Source: Octopus sinensis
Taxonomy: Eukaryota
Direction of reading: 5' to 3'
Assembly: GCF_006345805.1 (NCBI RefSeq)
Contig: NC_043007.1
Coordinates: forward strand, 28,024,001 to 28,088,000
DNA: 64,000 bases
Shown: piece after piece, positions 38,863-50,962 of the stretch
How the letters are laid out: each line of letters opens with the position of its first letter
Numbering within the stretch: the stretch's first letter is position 1
Position numbers and translations under genes: made by a program
The notes under the pieces: generated by a model
Told to the model about the DNA's origin: nothing
Seen by the model: the letters and a program-made list of their open reading frames with translations, nothing else
The model's database searches: none

Positions 38863-39102
38863 CAGCAGCAGCAGCAACAGTAGCAGCAGTAGTAGCAGTA
38901 GCAGCAACTGTAGTAGTAGTAATACTAGTAGTGGTGGTGGTAGCAGTAGTAGTAGTAGTAGCTGTAGCAGTGGCAGTAGTAGTAGTAGTAGTAGTAGTAG
39001 TAGTTGTTGTTGTAGTATTATTAGCAGCAGCAGCAACAGTAGTAGTAGTAGTAGCAGTGGTAGTATTAGTAGCAGTAGTAGCAGCAACAGCAACATTAGT
39101 AA

Positions 39103-39156
<54 letters not shown>

Positions 39157-39185
39157 AGGTAGTAGTAGTAGTAGTAGTAGTAGTC
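38805..39185. repeat. (AGT)n/(AGC)n trinucleotide array
   Basis: Directly visible. Confidence 0.95.
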
Positions 39186-39230
39186 ATTGTTACAGCAGTG
39201 TTTCGAGTGCGCCAAAATCAAGGATTGTTT

Positions 39231-39601
39231 TGTTAGCTCCGCCTTAGCGAAGGTGGAAGTATTGTTTTTAGTCGCGTTTGTTTGTCTCACCGTGGACAAG
39301 ATATCTCAAGAACATCAGGATGGATTCGGATGAAACTTTCGAGGACATTTGGCCTCATATCTGGCACGAACTGGTTAGATTTTGGGATCGATCCGGTACC
39401 AAACAAGGATTCTGGATTATTTTTCCTGTTTTTTTTTTTTACTTAATTTTTTAAATAGGTCGGGTTCATTTTTAGTATTCTCGTTTGTGAGAGCAGTCAA
39501 GTTTATTTCAGATATTCTCATTTTAAAAATCATCTCTGGATAATCGTTGGGAGAACGTTGAGGTTGCCTTGGCGGAGGTTTGCACTCTCCCACTGCTCTT
39601 G
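39231..39601 (+). mobile_element. Helentron-associated non-autonomous element (HINE/DINE-1-like)
   Basis: Subterminal inverted repeats CTCCGCC (39237) and GGCGGAG (39571), internal TTTGTTTGTCT and GGAT..GGATGAAA.TTT, 3' GCACTCTC..TGC hairpin remnant. Confidence 0.7.
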
Positions 39602-39641
<40 letters not shown>

Positions 39642-39664
39642 CATTATTATTATTATTACCGCTT

Positions 39665-39840
39665 GCAAATTCTGCGGAGGTCTATCCTGTCGTTTATCTC
39701 ATTCGAGGTCGATAAAATAAACACCTGTTCAACACTAGGGTCGACCTAATCGATTAACCCCCCCCCCCACACACACACACACGCACATACACCACCACCC
39801 ACTTCCTCGAAATTGCTGGCCTTGTGCCGAAATTTGAAAC
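39665..39840 (+). mobile_element. SINE family B, diverged
   Basis: CAAATTCTGCGGAGGTCTA...GGTCGATAAAATAA...GGCCTTGTGCCGAAATTTGAAACC. Confidence 0.7.
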
Positions 39841-40699
39841 CATTATTATTATTGTTTGCTTTCGTTGTTTTTGCCTTTGTTATTGTTAATGTTTTGTGTG
39901 TGCGCATGCGTGTGTGTGCGTAAGTGTGTGTGTGTGTGTGTTTGTTTATATTTCTGCATTTCCTTTATTATTTTTTTGTTTTAAGATTTAAATCAGACGT
40001 TAAAAAATTCATCGATTATTTCAAATTAAACATTTTAATTTTTTTTTATCATCAACGTCTTTCTTCATTTCTTCCCCCCCCCATCACCACCCACTCACCA
40101 CCACCACCCACCCACTCACCACCACCACCTCCATTTTTATCCATGTTTTATTTTTTTCTACATTTATCTACTATTCTATATCTTTCTTTGCTGTTGGTTT
40201 TTCTAGGTCTCTCCCCCCACCTCCCTCTCTCCCTCTCTTTCTTCTTAACATATTCATTTGTTAATTAACCCTATAATATATTCACAAACGTCTATTTATA
40301 TTTCTTGCTAGATATATTTACTCTTGATTTATGTACCGTTCACTTCTCTAATCAATTTATAAATGTCGGACATTTTTCTGTAGTTATTTTTATACATTTT
40401 ATATCCATTCTTTATAATTTTTTTATATATTTTTCTTTATTACCATTTTTCTACATTTTCTTCATCTTTTCCTTGCTTGGTTTTTGTCTACATCTTCATC
40501 TTACCATTTTTGAGAATAGTTTCTTCAATAAACTCAAGTCTACGTTTAAACACTTTCGCGGAAGTGTTAATGTGGCCATTTTAATATTCATAGCTACTTT
40601 TCCTTATATTATGCTTCATTGCCGTTGCTCTTCTTCCTCTTTCTGTCACTGCCTCTGCTGTACCTGATGTTGTTGTTGGTCTTCTTGCTACTGGTAGTG

Positions 40700-41010
40700 G
40701 AGTATGGCTTTGTGGTTGGGGGTATTCGGCTCACCATCGTAAATCCGTGAGTTCAATTCCCAGCGGCGTGATCTGTCCTTGAACAAAACACTTTATTTCA
40801 TGTTGCTCTAGTTCACTCATCTGGCAAAAATTAGGTGTACCAGTAATTCAAGGAGGGCTAGCCTTGTCGCATTCCGTGTCATGCTGAAGCTCCCTAAGAA
40901 CTATGCGTGTTTATGGAGTACTCGGCCACTTGTACGTTAATTTCATGAGCAGACCGTTCTGTTGATCGGATCAACTGAAATCCTCGTGGTCGCCACAGAC
41001 GGAGGTCCAG
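40700..41010 (+). mobile_element. SINE family D (CORE-like), near full length, diverged
   Basis: A/B boxes, GTCCTTGAACAAAACACTTTATTTC, 3' ...GTTAATTTCATGAGCAG...GATCGGATCAACTG. Confidence 0.8.
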
Positions 41011-41224
41011 TAATTCTCTGTTAAAGTATAATGAGTGTATGCATATATGTATACATAATGTATGCGTATATATGTAATGAATGTGCGTATGTATAAATGT
41101 GTGTATAATCCTTTGTATTATAAACACAAAGCCTGAAATTTGATGGGAGAGGGGATAAGTCGACCCCAGTACGCAGCTAGTACTCTGGAAAGGCCTCTCC
41201 GAAAAGATACAAAAGATATGCAGC

Positions 41225-41410
41225 TCATATGACATCCCTGTGGGATAAAGTTAAAATAATAGACAGAGAACACCATTGGAAAATACGAAAACTAAAAGAG
41301 GCAGCACATATGCTTGGACACAACAACCTCCTAGGCAGACTGAGTGCAGATATGAATGGCATTTGGGAACCGGTATTAAGGAAGGATAGAAAAATATTAG
41401 ATTTATAAGC
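41225..41410 (+). mobile_element. Penelope-like GIY-YIG C-terminal remnant
   Basis: SLWDKVKIIDREHHWKIRKLKEAAHMLGHNNLLGRLSADMNGIWEPVL matches the W....I...E..W..R..KEA..I pattern. Confidence 0.7.
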
Positions 41411-41576
41411 CCTAAAATTCACTCCATAATTGTCCACGGGCATATGGCGTAGTGGTTAAGAGCGCGGGCTACTCTTCCGAGTTCGATTCCAAGCAGTGAC
41501 CTGAGCAATAATAACAATAACATTAACATTGTTATTGCATGCATCCATCCATCCATCTATCCATACATACATACAC

Positions 41577-41690
41577 CCTCCGTCGGTTACGACGCTGCGA
41601 GTTTCAGCCGATCCAATCAATGGAACAGCTTGCTCGTGAAATTCACGTGCAAGTGGCTGAGGCCTCCACAGACATGCGTACCTTTCCCGT
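41577..41690 (-). mobile_element. SINE family D 3' tail
   Basis: Reverse complement of the tail seen at 40900-41010 and 49200-49315. Confidence 0.75.
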
Positions 41691-42437
41691 ATCCATGCAT
41701 AGATAGATGGATGCATGCATGTATGTATGTATGTATGTATGTATGCATGTATGTATGGCAAAAAATGTGCTTAAAGCGGCGAATTTTCAAGACTGTAAAC
41801 GGACAAAATGCTCATCGGAATTTCTTCCGGCCCTTTATTTTCTGAGTTTATAATTCCGCTGGAAACAACTTTGCCTTTCATCTCTTCCATATCCATAAAA
41901 TAAATACCAGTTAGACACTCGGGTCGTTGTCTCCGTGTTACTCCCTTTTCCTAAAGTTGTTGGCCTTGTGCCAGAATCTGAAACCATTATTCAATGTACT
42001 TTTATCTTTTCAGGTCAATAAGCTGATCTACAAAGATGATTAAACCGACAGATCTCCTAGAACAAGCGACGACGTGGAATCAGCTCGACTGGCGTGTTTA
42101 TTTATTTTTTTTAATAATTTTGTCAGTAATTTTAATCAGGAATTGAAAATATGTCAGATAAATTCCTCGATTAGGACTTATCTATTGCCGTATCGTAAAG
42201 AAGGAGTAATTGTTTTAAATTTAGACAAAAAAAACCCTCTCTAATTGCCTCTGAAAATTAGACGTTTAATTATTTGTGACAAAATGTAATAAGCTTCGGG
42301 AATATTAATCCTTTTTAATTTTATGTAGTGACAACATTTCCTTCAAGAACGGTTGGTTGTCAAAATGATTCCATTTACCCTGTGTGTCTATAAAAGCAGC
42401 GGAGTTGGCGGAATCACAGACGCTGTCAAATGTTATT

Positions 42438-42835
42438 CTTTTCTACTCTAGGCACAAGGCCCGAAATTTTGGGAGAGGGGGCCAGTCGATTACATCGACC
42501 CCAGTGCGTAACTGGTACTTAATTTATCGACTCCGAAAGGATGAACGGCAAAGTTGAGCTCGGCGGAATTTGAACTCAGAAGGTAAAGGCAGGCGAAATA
42601 CCCATTTCTTTACTGCCCACAAGGGGCTAAACACAGAGGGGACAAACAAGGACAGACAAACGGATTAAGTCGATTATATCGACCCCAGTGCGTAACTGTT
42701 ACTTATTTAATCGACCCCGAAAGGATGAAAATCAAAGTCGACCTCGGCAGAATTTGAACTCAGAACGTAGCAGCAGACGAAATACTGCTAAGCATTTCGT
42801 CCGGTGTGCTAGCGTTTCTGCCAGCTCGCCACCTT
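42438..42835 (-). mobile_element. Dimeric SINE family B with 18-bp target-site duplication
   Basis: ACGCTGTCAAATGTTATT at 42420-42437 and 42836-42853 flanks two head-to-tail monomers. Confidence 0.9.
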
Positions 42836-43279
42836 ACGCTGTCAAATGTTATTGTGAGTGCCATGAAGAGCAAAACATCGATTTTTTGTTTCTGTAAATC
42901 TTAAATGACAGAAGAGAACCCTTATAGCGCTATAAAGTGATATTGGCTTTACCGTTTCTTATTCGTTTGCAATGCCAGAGTTTCGAGTTCGAGACTGATA
43001 CACGTTTCTTTTCCACTTCCGCAAAAGGCTTAGCAGCACTTTTGAATTTTTTTAGTTCAAATTTCGCCGAAGACAACTTTACTTTTCATCTCTTTGTGAT
43101 CGATAAAATAAAATATCGGTCAAGTATTAGGCTTCATGTAATAAACTTGCCCTTCCCCTCAAATCGGTGGGTCCTGAACCTTAAAACTGACCAGAGTTCT
43201 GTTTAGGAATAACGATGTGATACGCCATGGAAATCAGGTAAACGGCCTTATGAGTCCAAGGGCTGAACAAAAGTGATTG

Positions 43280-43625
43280 TGGCCATGCTGGAGCACCGCC
43301 TTTAGTCGAGAAAATCGACCCCAGGACTTATTCTTTGTAAGCCTATCGGTTTCTTTTGCCGAACTGCTAAGTTAGGGGGACGTAAACACACCAGTGATGC
43401 AGGGGGGACAAACACAGACACACAAACATATACAAACACATACATACATTTATATATATATACATATATACGACGGGCTTCTTTCAGTTTTTGTGTACCA
43501 AGTCCACTCACAAGGCTTTGGTCGGCCCGAGGCTATAATAGAAGACACTTGCCCAAGGTTCCACGCAGTGGGACTGAACCTAGAACCATGTGGTTGGGAA
43601 GCAAGCTATTTACGACACAGACACC
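43280..43625 (-). mobile_element. SINE family A
   Basis: Reverse complement of the 34108 copy. Confidence 0.9.
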
Positions 43626-43826
43626 TGGAACTTATTTTATCGACCCTTAAGTGGTGGAAGTGAAAACGAAACTTACATCAGTGTCGAACTCAAAACTCTG
43701 GCATTGCAAACGAATAAGAAACGGTAAAGCCACTATCACAGTTTAGCCCTATAATGGTTCTCTTCTTCTGTCATTTAAGATTTACAGAGACGACAAATGC
43801 GATGTTTTGATCTTCATGGCACTTAC

Positions 43827-43889
43827 AATAACATTTGAGAGCGTCGGTGAATGGAAATAAGTTTGCCAAAACAAATAACAAGCTCTTCT
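43827..43889 (-). CDS. Candidate internal exon: signal peptide plus start of a Cys-containing mature domain (KSLLFVLANLFPFTDA-LKCY)
   Basis: Pyrimidine tract plus AG upstream, donor T|GTAAGT at 43826; degenerate inverted paralog at about 42345-42853 ends DAVKCY T|GTGAGT. Other exons not found. Confidence 0.35.
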
Positions 43890-44344
43890 CTTCGCAAAAC
43901 AAGACGAAATGTTTTCTAATTTGAATAACAATTGGAGACGTTTTGTTGTTCAAAATATGAATATATGGATAGTGGTATTTGTATAAGCTTTTTCTGAAAT
44001 TCTCCCCACCACTTCGTTCTTCTTCCCATACAGCTCTGTCTTTTGATAAATAAAGTAAATAAACAGACAAGGCATTCATCTAGGTCGTCGCTTTTATTAT
44101 TTTTTCTTTACACCTTTGTTTACTTATCTTCCAAACCACGCGTACACATTGCACAACAGAAACGTTATTTCAGGGTGGTTTTCGGGTGGTTTTCTTTTCG
44201 TTTTTTGTTTCTTTTTTTAGTTTTTTGTCTATATGTTGACCAAAGTATGTTTTATGTGACTTCTTTAGGAAAGTTTCTGCGTCCATTCTTTTCTTCTTTG
44301 TATCTTCAACGTGTGTTAAAGAATCGCAATAAGTAATTCGTAGT

Positions 44345-44935
44345 ATGGAGCTGGCAGAGTCGTTAGCACGCCGGGTGAATTGCTTAGCGACATTTCGGCT
44401 GCCGTTAGGTTCTGAGTTCAAATTCCGCCGAGGTCGACTTTGCCTTTCATCCTTTCGGGGTCGATTAAATAATTACCAGTTACACACTGGATTCGATATA
44501 ATCGACTTAATCCGTTCGTCTGTCCTTGTTTGTCCTCTCTATGTGTAGCCCCTTGTGGGTAATAAAGAAATAGGCATTTCGTCTGCCGTTACGTTCTGAG
44601 TTCAAATTCCGCCGAGGTCGGCTTTGCTTTTCATCCATTCGAGGTCGATTAAATAAGTACTAATTATGCACTAGCGTCGAAGTAATCGACTGAATCCGTT
44701 TGTCTGTCCTTGTTTGTCCCCTCTGTGTTTAGCCCCTGGTGGGTAGTAAAAAAATAGGTATTTCGTCTGCCGTTACGTTCTGAGTTCAAATTCCGCCGAG
44801 GTCGATTTTTCCCTTCATTCTTTCGGGGTCGATTAAATAAGTACTAGTTACGCACTGGCGTCGACGTAATCGACTTAATACCTTTGTCTGACTTTGTTTG
44901 TCCCCTATATGGTTAACCCCTGTGGGCAATAAATA
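44345..44935 (+). mobile_element. Trimeric SINE family B array (3 x 184 bp)
   Basis: Equivalent positions at 44391/44575 and 44571/44755; flanked by direct repeat GTAATTCGTAGTAT.GAGCTGGCA (44333, 44953). Confidence 0.9.
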
Positions 44936-45134
44936 AATAAATACGTAATTCGGTAATTCGTAGTATCGAGCTGGCAATATCGCTCACACGCCGGACGTGT
45001 CTTGATGAAGGGTTTCTAACCACAAAATATCGAAATACAAGGTAGAACTTCATCTGTTGTTCTGTCTTCACTTTTGTATTTCATTCGGCATTGTTTTGGC
45101 CTTTAGAACTATTTATCCATTGTAAGTTTTAGTT

Positions 45135-45452
45135 ACTTCTTTATTGCCCACAAGAGGTTAAACATAGAGGGGACAAACAAGGACGGACAAAGGGATTAAG
45201 TCGATTACATCAACCCCAGTGCGTAAATGGTACTTAATTTATCAACCACGAATGGATGAAGGTAAAGTCGACCTCGGCGGAATTTGAACTCAGAACGTAA
45301 CGGCAGACGAAATACCTATTTCTTTACTACTCACAAGAGGCCAAACACAGAGAGGACAAACAAGGACAGACAAACGGATTAAGTCGATTATATCGACCCC
45401 AATGCGTAACTGGTACTTATTTAATCGACCCCGAGAGGATGAGAGGCAAAGT
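45135..45452 (-). mobile_element. Dimeric SINE family B array, inverted relative to 44345-44935
   Basis: Two tail-1 units with the same junction (CAGACGAAATACCTATTTCTTTAC). Confidence 0.88.
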
Positions 45453-46019
45453 AGATATAAAGCACAATTTATTCGTGATCGGAGGCGTTCGTAAACCGAG
45501 GTACTACTGTGTTAAATGAATATGAGAAAGACATGAGATAAATTACGATTTATTCGTGATTAGAATTGTTCGAGAACCGAGGTTCTACTGTATTTTTAAT
45601 CTGTTACGAGTCATTTTCATTTCACTGTATTGTAAACTCCCTTTTAGTTCAGGTGCTGGGAACTAACTCATATATTTCAGGGTTCTACGTCTTGCAACAA
45701 TGAGCTCTACAATCACGACTGATACGTTTGAACCTTAGAGGCAGACCAAACTGCACGATATCGTTTGAAGACTGGTTTCAGATGCCGCACTCGAGCTGCG
45801 AACGGAACTATTTAGGAATTATACAGAGATTAAGGTAGATCAGAGAATTTCTTATTTCGCTCAGATTTATATAAACTAAACAAAAAGCCATCGTTTCGGA
45901 TTTTACATATTCCTCGAACCTTCCAGGTAGCATACGAACGCTGCATAGAGTCTGCAGATCTGCGATTCTTTTATACATGTATAAATACATACATACTTAT
46001 ACACACACACACAGAGTTA

Positions 46020-46062
46020 ATCATACATATATACATACATACATACATACATATATATATAT

Positions 46063-46110
<48 letters not shown>

Positions 46111-46127
46111 ATATATAATATATATAT

Positions 46128-46174
<47 letters not shown>

Positions 46175-46207
46175 CATATATATATACATACATATATATA
46201 TAAATAC

Positions 46208-46250
<43 letters not shown>

Positions 46251-46255
46251 ATATA

Positions 46256-46307
<52 letters not shown>

Positions 46308-46326
46308 ATATATATATATATGCATG

Positions 46327-46392
<66 letters not shown>

Positions 46393-47006
46393 TATATATA
46401 CGTATATATTCTATTAAAGCGTCAGATATTCTCCAGTTGTTGAAATCTACTTAGCACATAGCGCGATAACGAGCTGCCTTTTTACATTACAGAAGCCAAC
46501 AAATAAGAAATCGTCTCTATACTGTGTAGTTGCAATGATTTCTCCATCAGGCAACATTGATAAGTCTTGGCTTCTGCGTTTCTCCGTTTTTTGTTTTTCT
46601 CTCGCAAAGCCCTAAGGCATGATTTATTGGACTCGGTAAGACGTTTCGCTGTCTTTAGATTTAACTCGACGTAATTAACCGTTATCAGGCGGATAAACGA
46701 AGAAAATTCTATACTGCAAATTGGTAGCTTTGCAATTTAACCGATGGGCAGAAACAATATCTTACACACGTGTATACACTCACAGACACACGCACACATA
46801 CATACACACGCATGCAAAGGCATACACTTAATACAAACACATAGAAACATACATCACATACAAATACGCACACAGACACACATAGATATATATGGATGTA
46901 AATGTATATATATATATATGCATATATATATATAATATATATATATATACATATATATATACATATATATATATACGTACATTTACATCCATATATATAT
47001 ACATAC

Positions 47007-47056
<50 letters not shown>

Positions 47057-47632
47057 ATACTATATATATATATATATGCATGTATATATATACATATGTA
47101 GTATATACGTATAGAAGCATACTTTTGGTACATATGCCTAAATATATGCACATCACACACATATATGTATATATGTGTGTTTGTCTGTGTGTGCATATGC
47201 ATACATATATGTGCTTGTGTGTGTTTATGTATAGATATGTGTGTGTGTGTGTGTGTGTATTTACACTCACACACACACTTGTACGTGTGCATGACTTTTG
47301 ATAAATACACCTCGCGTGTATGTAGGTTTATGTGCGTGTACGTGTGAGTATGTGCGTATAAAAATGACTGTATTCATAGAGAGCGTTTTGAGACAGATTA
47401 AGTGCGTATACAGATGCATAAAAAGAAACGGTCGCTAACAGATGGTGTATATATGCCGAATATATATACATATATATAATATATATAATTTTACATACAT
47501 ACATATATATATATGTGTGTGTGTCTGTGTGGTTATACGTGTGCGAGTGTGCCTGTGTCTGTGTGCGTGTGTATATATATATGTATATACATATATATAC
47601 ACACATACATATATATATATATGTCTATATAT

Positions 47633-47677
<45 letters not shown>

Positions 47678-47691
47678 TATATATATATGTC

Positions 47692-47725
<34 letters not shown>

Positions 47726-47813
47726 TTGTATATGTGTATGTCTGTGTGGTAATATGTGAGCGAGTCTGCCTGTGTCTGTGTGCGTGTACATATATATATA
47801 TATACACACATAC

Positions 47814-47895
<82 letters not shown>

Positions 47896-47990
47896 CATAT
47901 GTGTATGTCTGTGTGGTTATATGTGAGCGAGTCTGCCTGTGTCTGTGTGCTTGTGTATATATACATATATATATATATAATTATATAACG
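46020..47990. repeat. Long (TA)n/(TG)n-rich region with a three-copy higher-order unit
   Basis: Unit GTCTGTGTGGT.ATA.GTG.GCGAGT.TGCCTGTGTCTGTGTGC near 47520, 47740 and 47905. Confidence 0.9.
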
Positions 47991-48620
47991 TACAGATACA
48001 AATATACTTTCATTACACTTCTCTATTTCAGATGTTAAATGCTAATAAATGGCCGCTACTTCCCCATACAGTTAAATTTACCAGCTAAACATACACGCAG
48101 TACTTTCCATTCATAAATACACCAGCCGCTACCCGCAACCAACGGCAGGCCTCCCGCAGCCACCCGCAGCACCAGTCGTAGCCACCCGCTTTAATTTCAC
48201 CGCATCTAATGGGCATCTTTATCTGTATTTTCTGTCTTTCTAACACTAACTATAATACAGATTTACTTAATCACTCTTACTTGCATAACAGCATCAATCT
48301 AATCGTAGTTAAGCCACGAGAAAATGTGCCCAATGGCGAAATTTGTCAGTAATGCTAAAGTAATCATTGTTATAGAATGTAGCACTGGTTGGTTGGTCGA
48401 TAATGCTCTAACAGCTACCACTAACAATGCGAATGTTATCGTTAACAACAGATCAGAATTGATCGGGCGAGGCCAACGGTGAAGTTCGTTTCACTGATAT
48501 TTCCTATTGGGTATCATTCGTAGACGATCTTTTTGTCTTTTGCTTGTTTCAGGCATTGTACTGCGGCCACGCTGCAGCACCACCTTGAAACGTTTTACTA
48601 GAACATATCGACACACAGTA

Positions 48621-48684
<64 letters not shown>

Positions 48685-48710
48685 AGATAGATTGATAGAT
48701 AGATAGATAG

Positions 48711-48759
<49 letters not shown>

Positions 48760-48841
48760 ATAGAGAGAGAGAGAGAGAGAGAGAAGAGAGATAGATAGAT
48801 ATGTATATGTGTGTGTGTGTTGTGTGTGTGTGTGTGTGTGT

Positions 48842-49045
48842 ATAGCTGAAATTTACTGAAAAACAAAAGACGAAGATAGGTGTGTAAACAACAAACAGGT
48901 GTATTAGTTTAACGCTCGGGAAGGTGAGAAAGTCTTTTATGTTTCGCGCCTACGCTCTTCAACAGAAAGGACCACGAGCAAACAAACTGGGAGAGAATAA
49001 AAAGAGAGAGGATAATAGAAACTTTGGGAGCTAGCGGTCAATATA
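48842..49045 (-). mobile_element. Short (TA)n-embedded element carrying a variant hammerhead
   Basis: Flanked by TA/TG tracts; hammerhead-like fold at 48934-48969. Confidence 0.7.
48934..48969 (-). ncRNA. Minimal hammerhead variant (CUGUUGA core)
   Basis: CTTT-CTGTTGA-A-GAGC(gtag)GCGC-GAAAC-ATA-AAAG: perfect 4-bp stem I, A6U core change. Confidence 0.5.
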
Positions 49046-49076
49046 TATATATAATATATTTATATTTATATATACA

Positions 49077-49315
49077 GCGAACCCTGCTGTACTCTTTCAC
49101 CACAACTGTCTCTCACTCTTTCTTCCTGTTTCTATTGTACCTGTATTTCAAAGTGTCAGCTTTACCACACTCTGTGTCACGCTGAATCTCCCCGAGAACT
49201 ACGTTAAGGGTTCACGTGTCTGTGGAGTGCTCAACCACTTACACGTTAATTTCATGAGCAGGCTGTTCCCTTGATGCGATCAACTGAACCCTCGACGTCG
49301 TAACGACGTAGTGCC
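49077..49315 (+). mobile_element. 5'-truncated SINE (middle module shared with 63100, family D tail)
   Basis: GCGAACCCTGCTG..CTCTTTCACCACAACT..CTCTCACTCTTTC followed by the D tail. Confidence 0.8.
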
Positions 49316-49317
49316 GT

Positions 49318-49351
<34 letters not shown>

Positions 49352-49387
49352 CTTTTATATATAAGCAGCAGAGAAAATTCAACAATT

Positions 49388-49423
49388 CTGTTACTCGCAG
49401 TTTCTCGGCCGTTCATCAGTCAG
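49388..49423 (-). ncRNA. Minimal type I hammerhead motif
   Basis: CTGA-CTGATGA-ACGGCCGA-GAA-ACT(gcg)AGT-A-ACAG: intact core, 3-bp stem III, GUA triplet, palindromic very short stem II. Confidence 0.55.
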
Positions 49424-49984
49424 TTTTCCACCTTGTTTCACATTTATGTGTTTACTCGGGTATTATATTTATATATTATATATAAGTTGCGTTATGAATT
49501 TGTATTTCCAACTAGGGTTTTCATGAAGTATATTTCCTTTGTCTATCATAGTTAATCATTTTTATCGAATATTTTGTAAAAAAGGGAATAAGTAAATGGT
49601 CTTTACAGTCGTTTATTATATGAAGCTTTGACTATTTTCGGCTTAGTTTCGGATTTTTAATTCTTAAAATGTATTCTTCTTTCACCTTTCCTAGTCTTTG
49701 AGAAAATTACTTGATACAGTTTTGCTAAGTATAAAAATGATTTTTTTTTTTGCAAATTATTATTTTTTTTAAAGTCACACAGTCTTTATTAAAAACGTCA
49801 CTAACCTTTGTGAAAGAAGTCTCTTTCTTGTGTGTGTAAGCGCTTTCGGTAATCTTTTCAAACACACGTGTTCTTGGATAATATACGAAAGAGAAAGTTG
49901 GTTACCGATGCAACCTACATTCAGTATACATTGCAAGCAGGGGTGCAAACCCCAACCGTCCCCTGGCAGACGATGGGATCATAA

Positions 49985-50145
49985 GACCGAACGCTTTCCA
50001 GCTACTTGTCTCCATCTTCAGTCGTGAGACGGTAGAGGTTTGCTCCCCTCCCTGTAATATGTACAAGGTGCAGGTTGCACTGGTGACCAGCTGGTGGAGG
50101 ATCTGCCTGGGGTTAAAACGGTAGTAACGTCGAACAGCCATATTG
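49985..50145 (-). mobile_element. Unclassified repeat, probably a PLE 3' end
   Basis: Homologous to 24841-24955 and followed by CTGAAGATGG...GGAAAGCGTTC. Confidence 0.45.
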
Positions 50146-50218
50146 ATGTGACGATAAATATTATTCTTTAATGCTTCTACATCGATTCTGTATATGTACA
50201 CTATCACGGAACTACACA

Positions 50219-50255
<37 letters not shown>

Positions 50256-50869
50256 ATACACATACGTATATGTATGCATGTATGTATGTATTTATATTGT
50301 CGGCATCCGGTGAGCTTGCCGATTATGGTGTACGGCTCAGCAGTAAGGACCAAGAGCGAATTCACAAACGAGGGCGAAATCCATACCTTCATTTTCAACC
50401 TTAGACGCTCATATGATACCCGTCTGTATGTGCGGGTACGTACAGGTATGTACACCTGTTCTTTGGTTCTTTGGTTCTTTGGTTCTTTCAGTATGTATAA
50501 ATGTTGTGTGGACATTGTAGGTATATTTTCACGTATGTTTACACAATCCACACAAACACACAAACAGATGAATATTGTTTACATAAACCACAGTGATGTT
50601 GTGTACCTCACTGACTGTGATAAAAACTTGAATTTTTATATTCATATAAAGAACTCGCCAGAAAGCGCTAATATTAAATTATGTATTATGTAGACTGATT
50701 TACAAGATAATGGCTGTGCAATATGAGTTTATGAATATACGATTAAGATCTCAAATAGTATCTTGAAATGAAAACACGGGAAGAGACAAATAAAACTAAA
50801 AGAAGAAACTCAAAACTCAAAACGACGATAACGTTGAATAATATTAGATATCGAAATGGCGGTGATAAT

Positions 50870-50910
50870 GATGGTGGTAGAGGTGGTGGGGGGTATGGTG
50901 TTGGTATTGG

Positions 50911-50962
<52 letters not shown>

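Noticed and set aside
38771-39247. Poly-Ser ORF
   Set aside because: It is the (AGT/AGC)n microsatellite.
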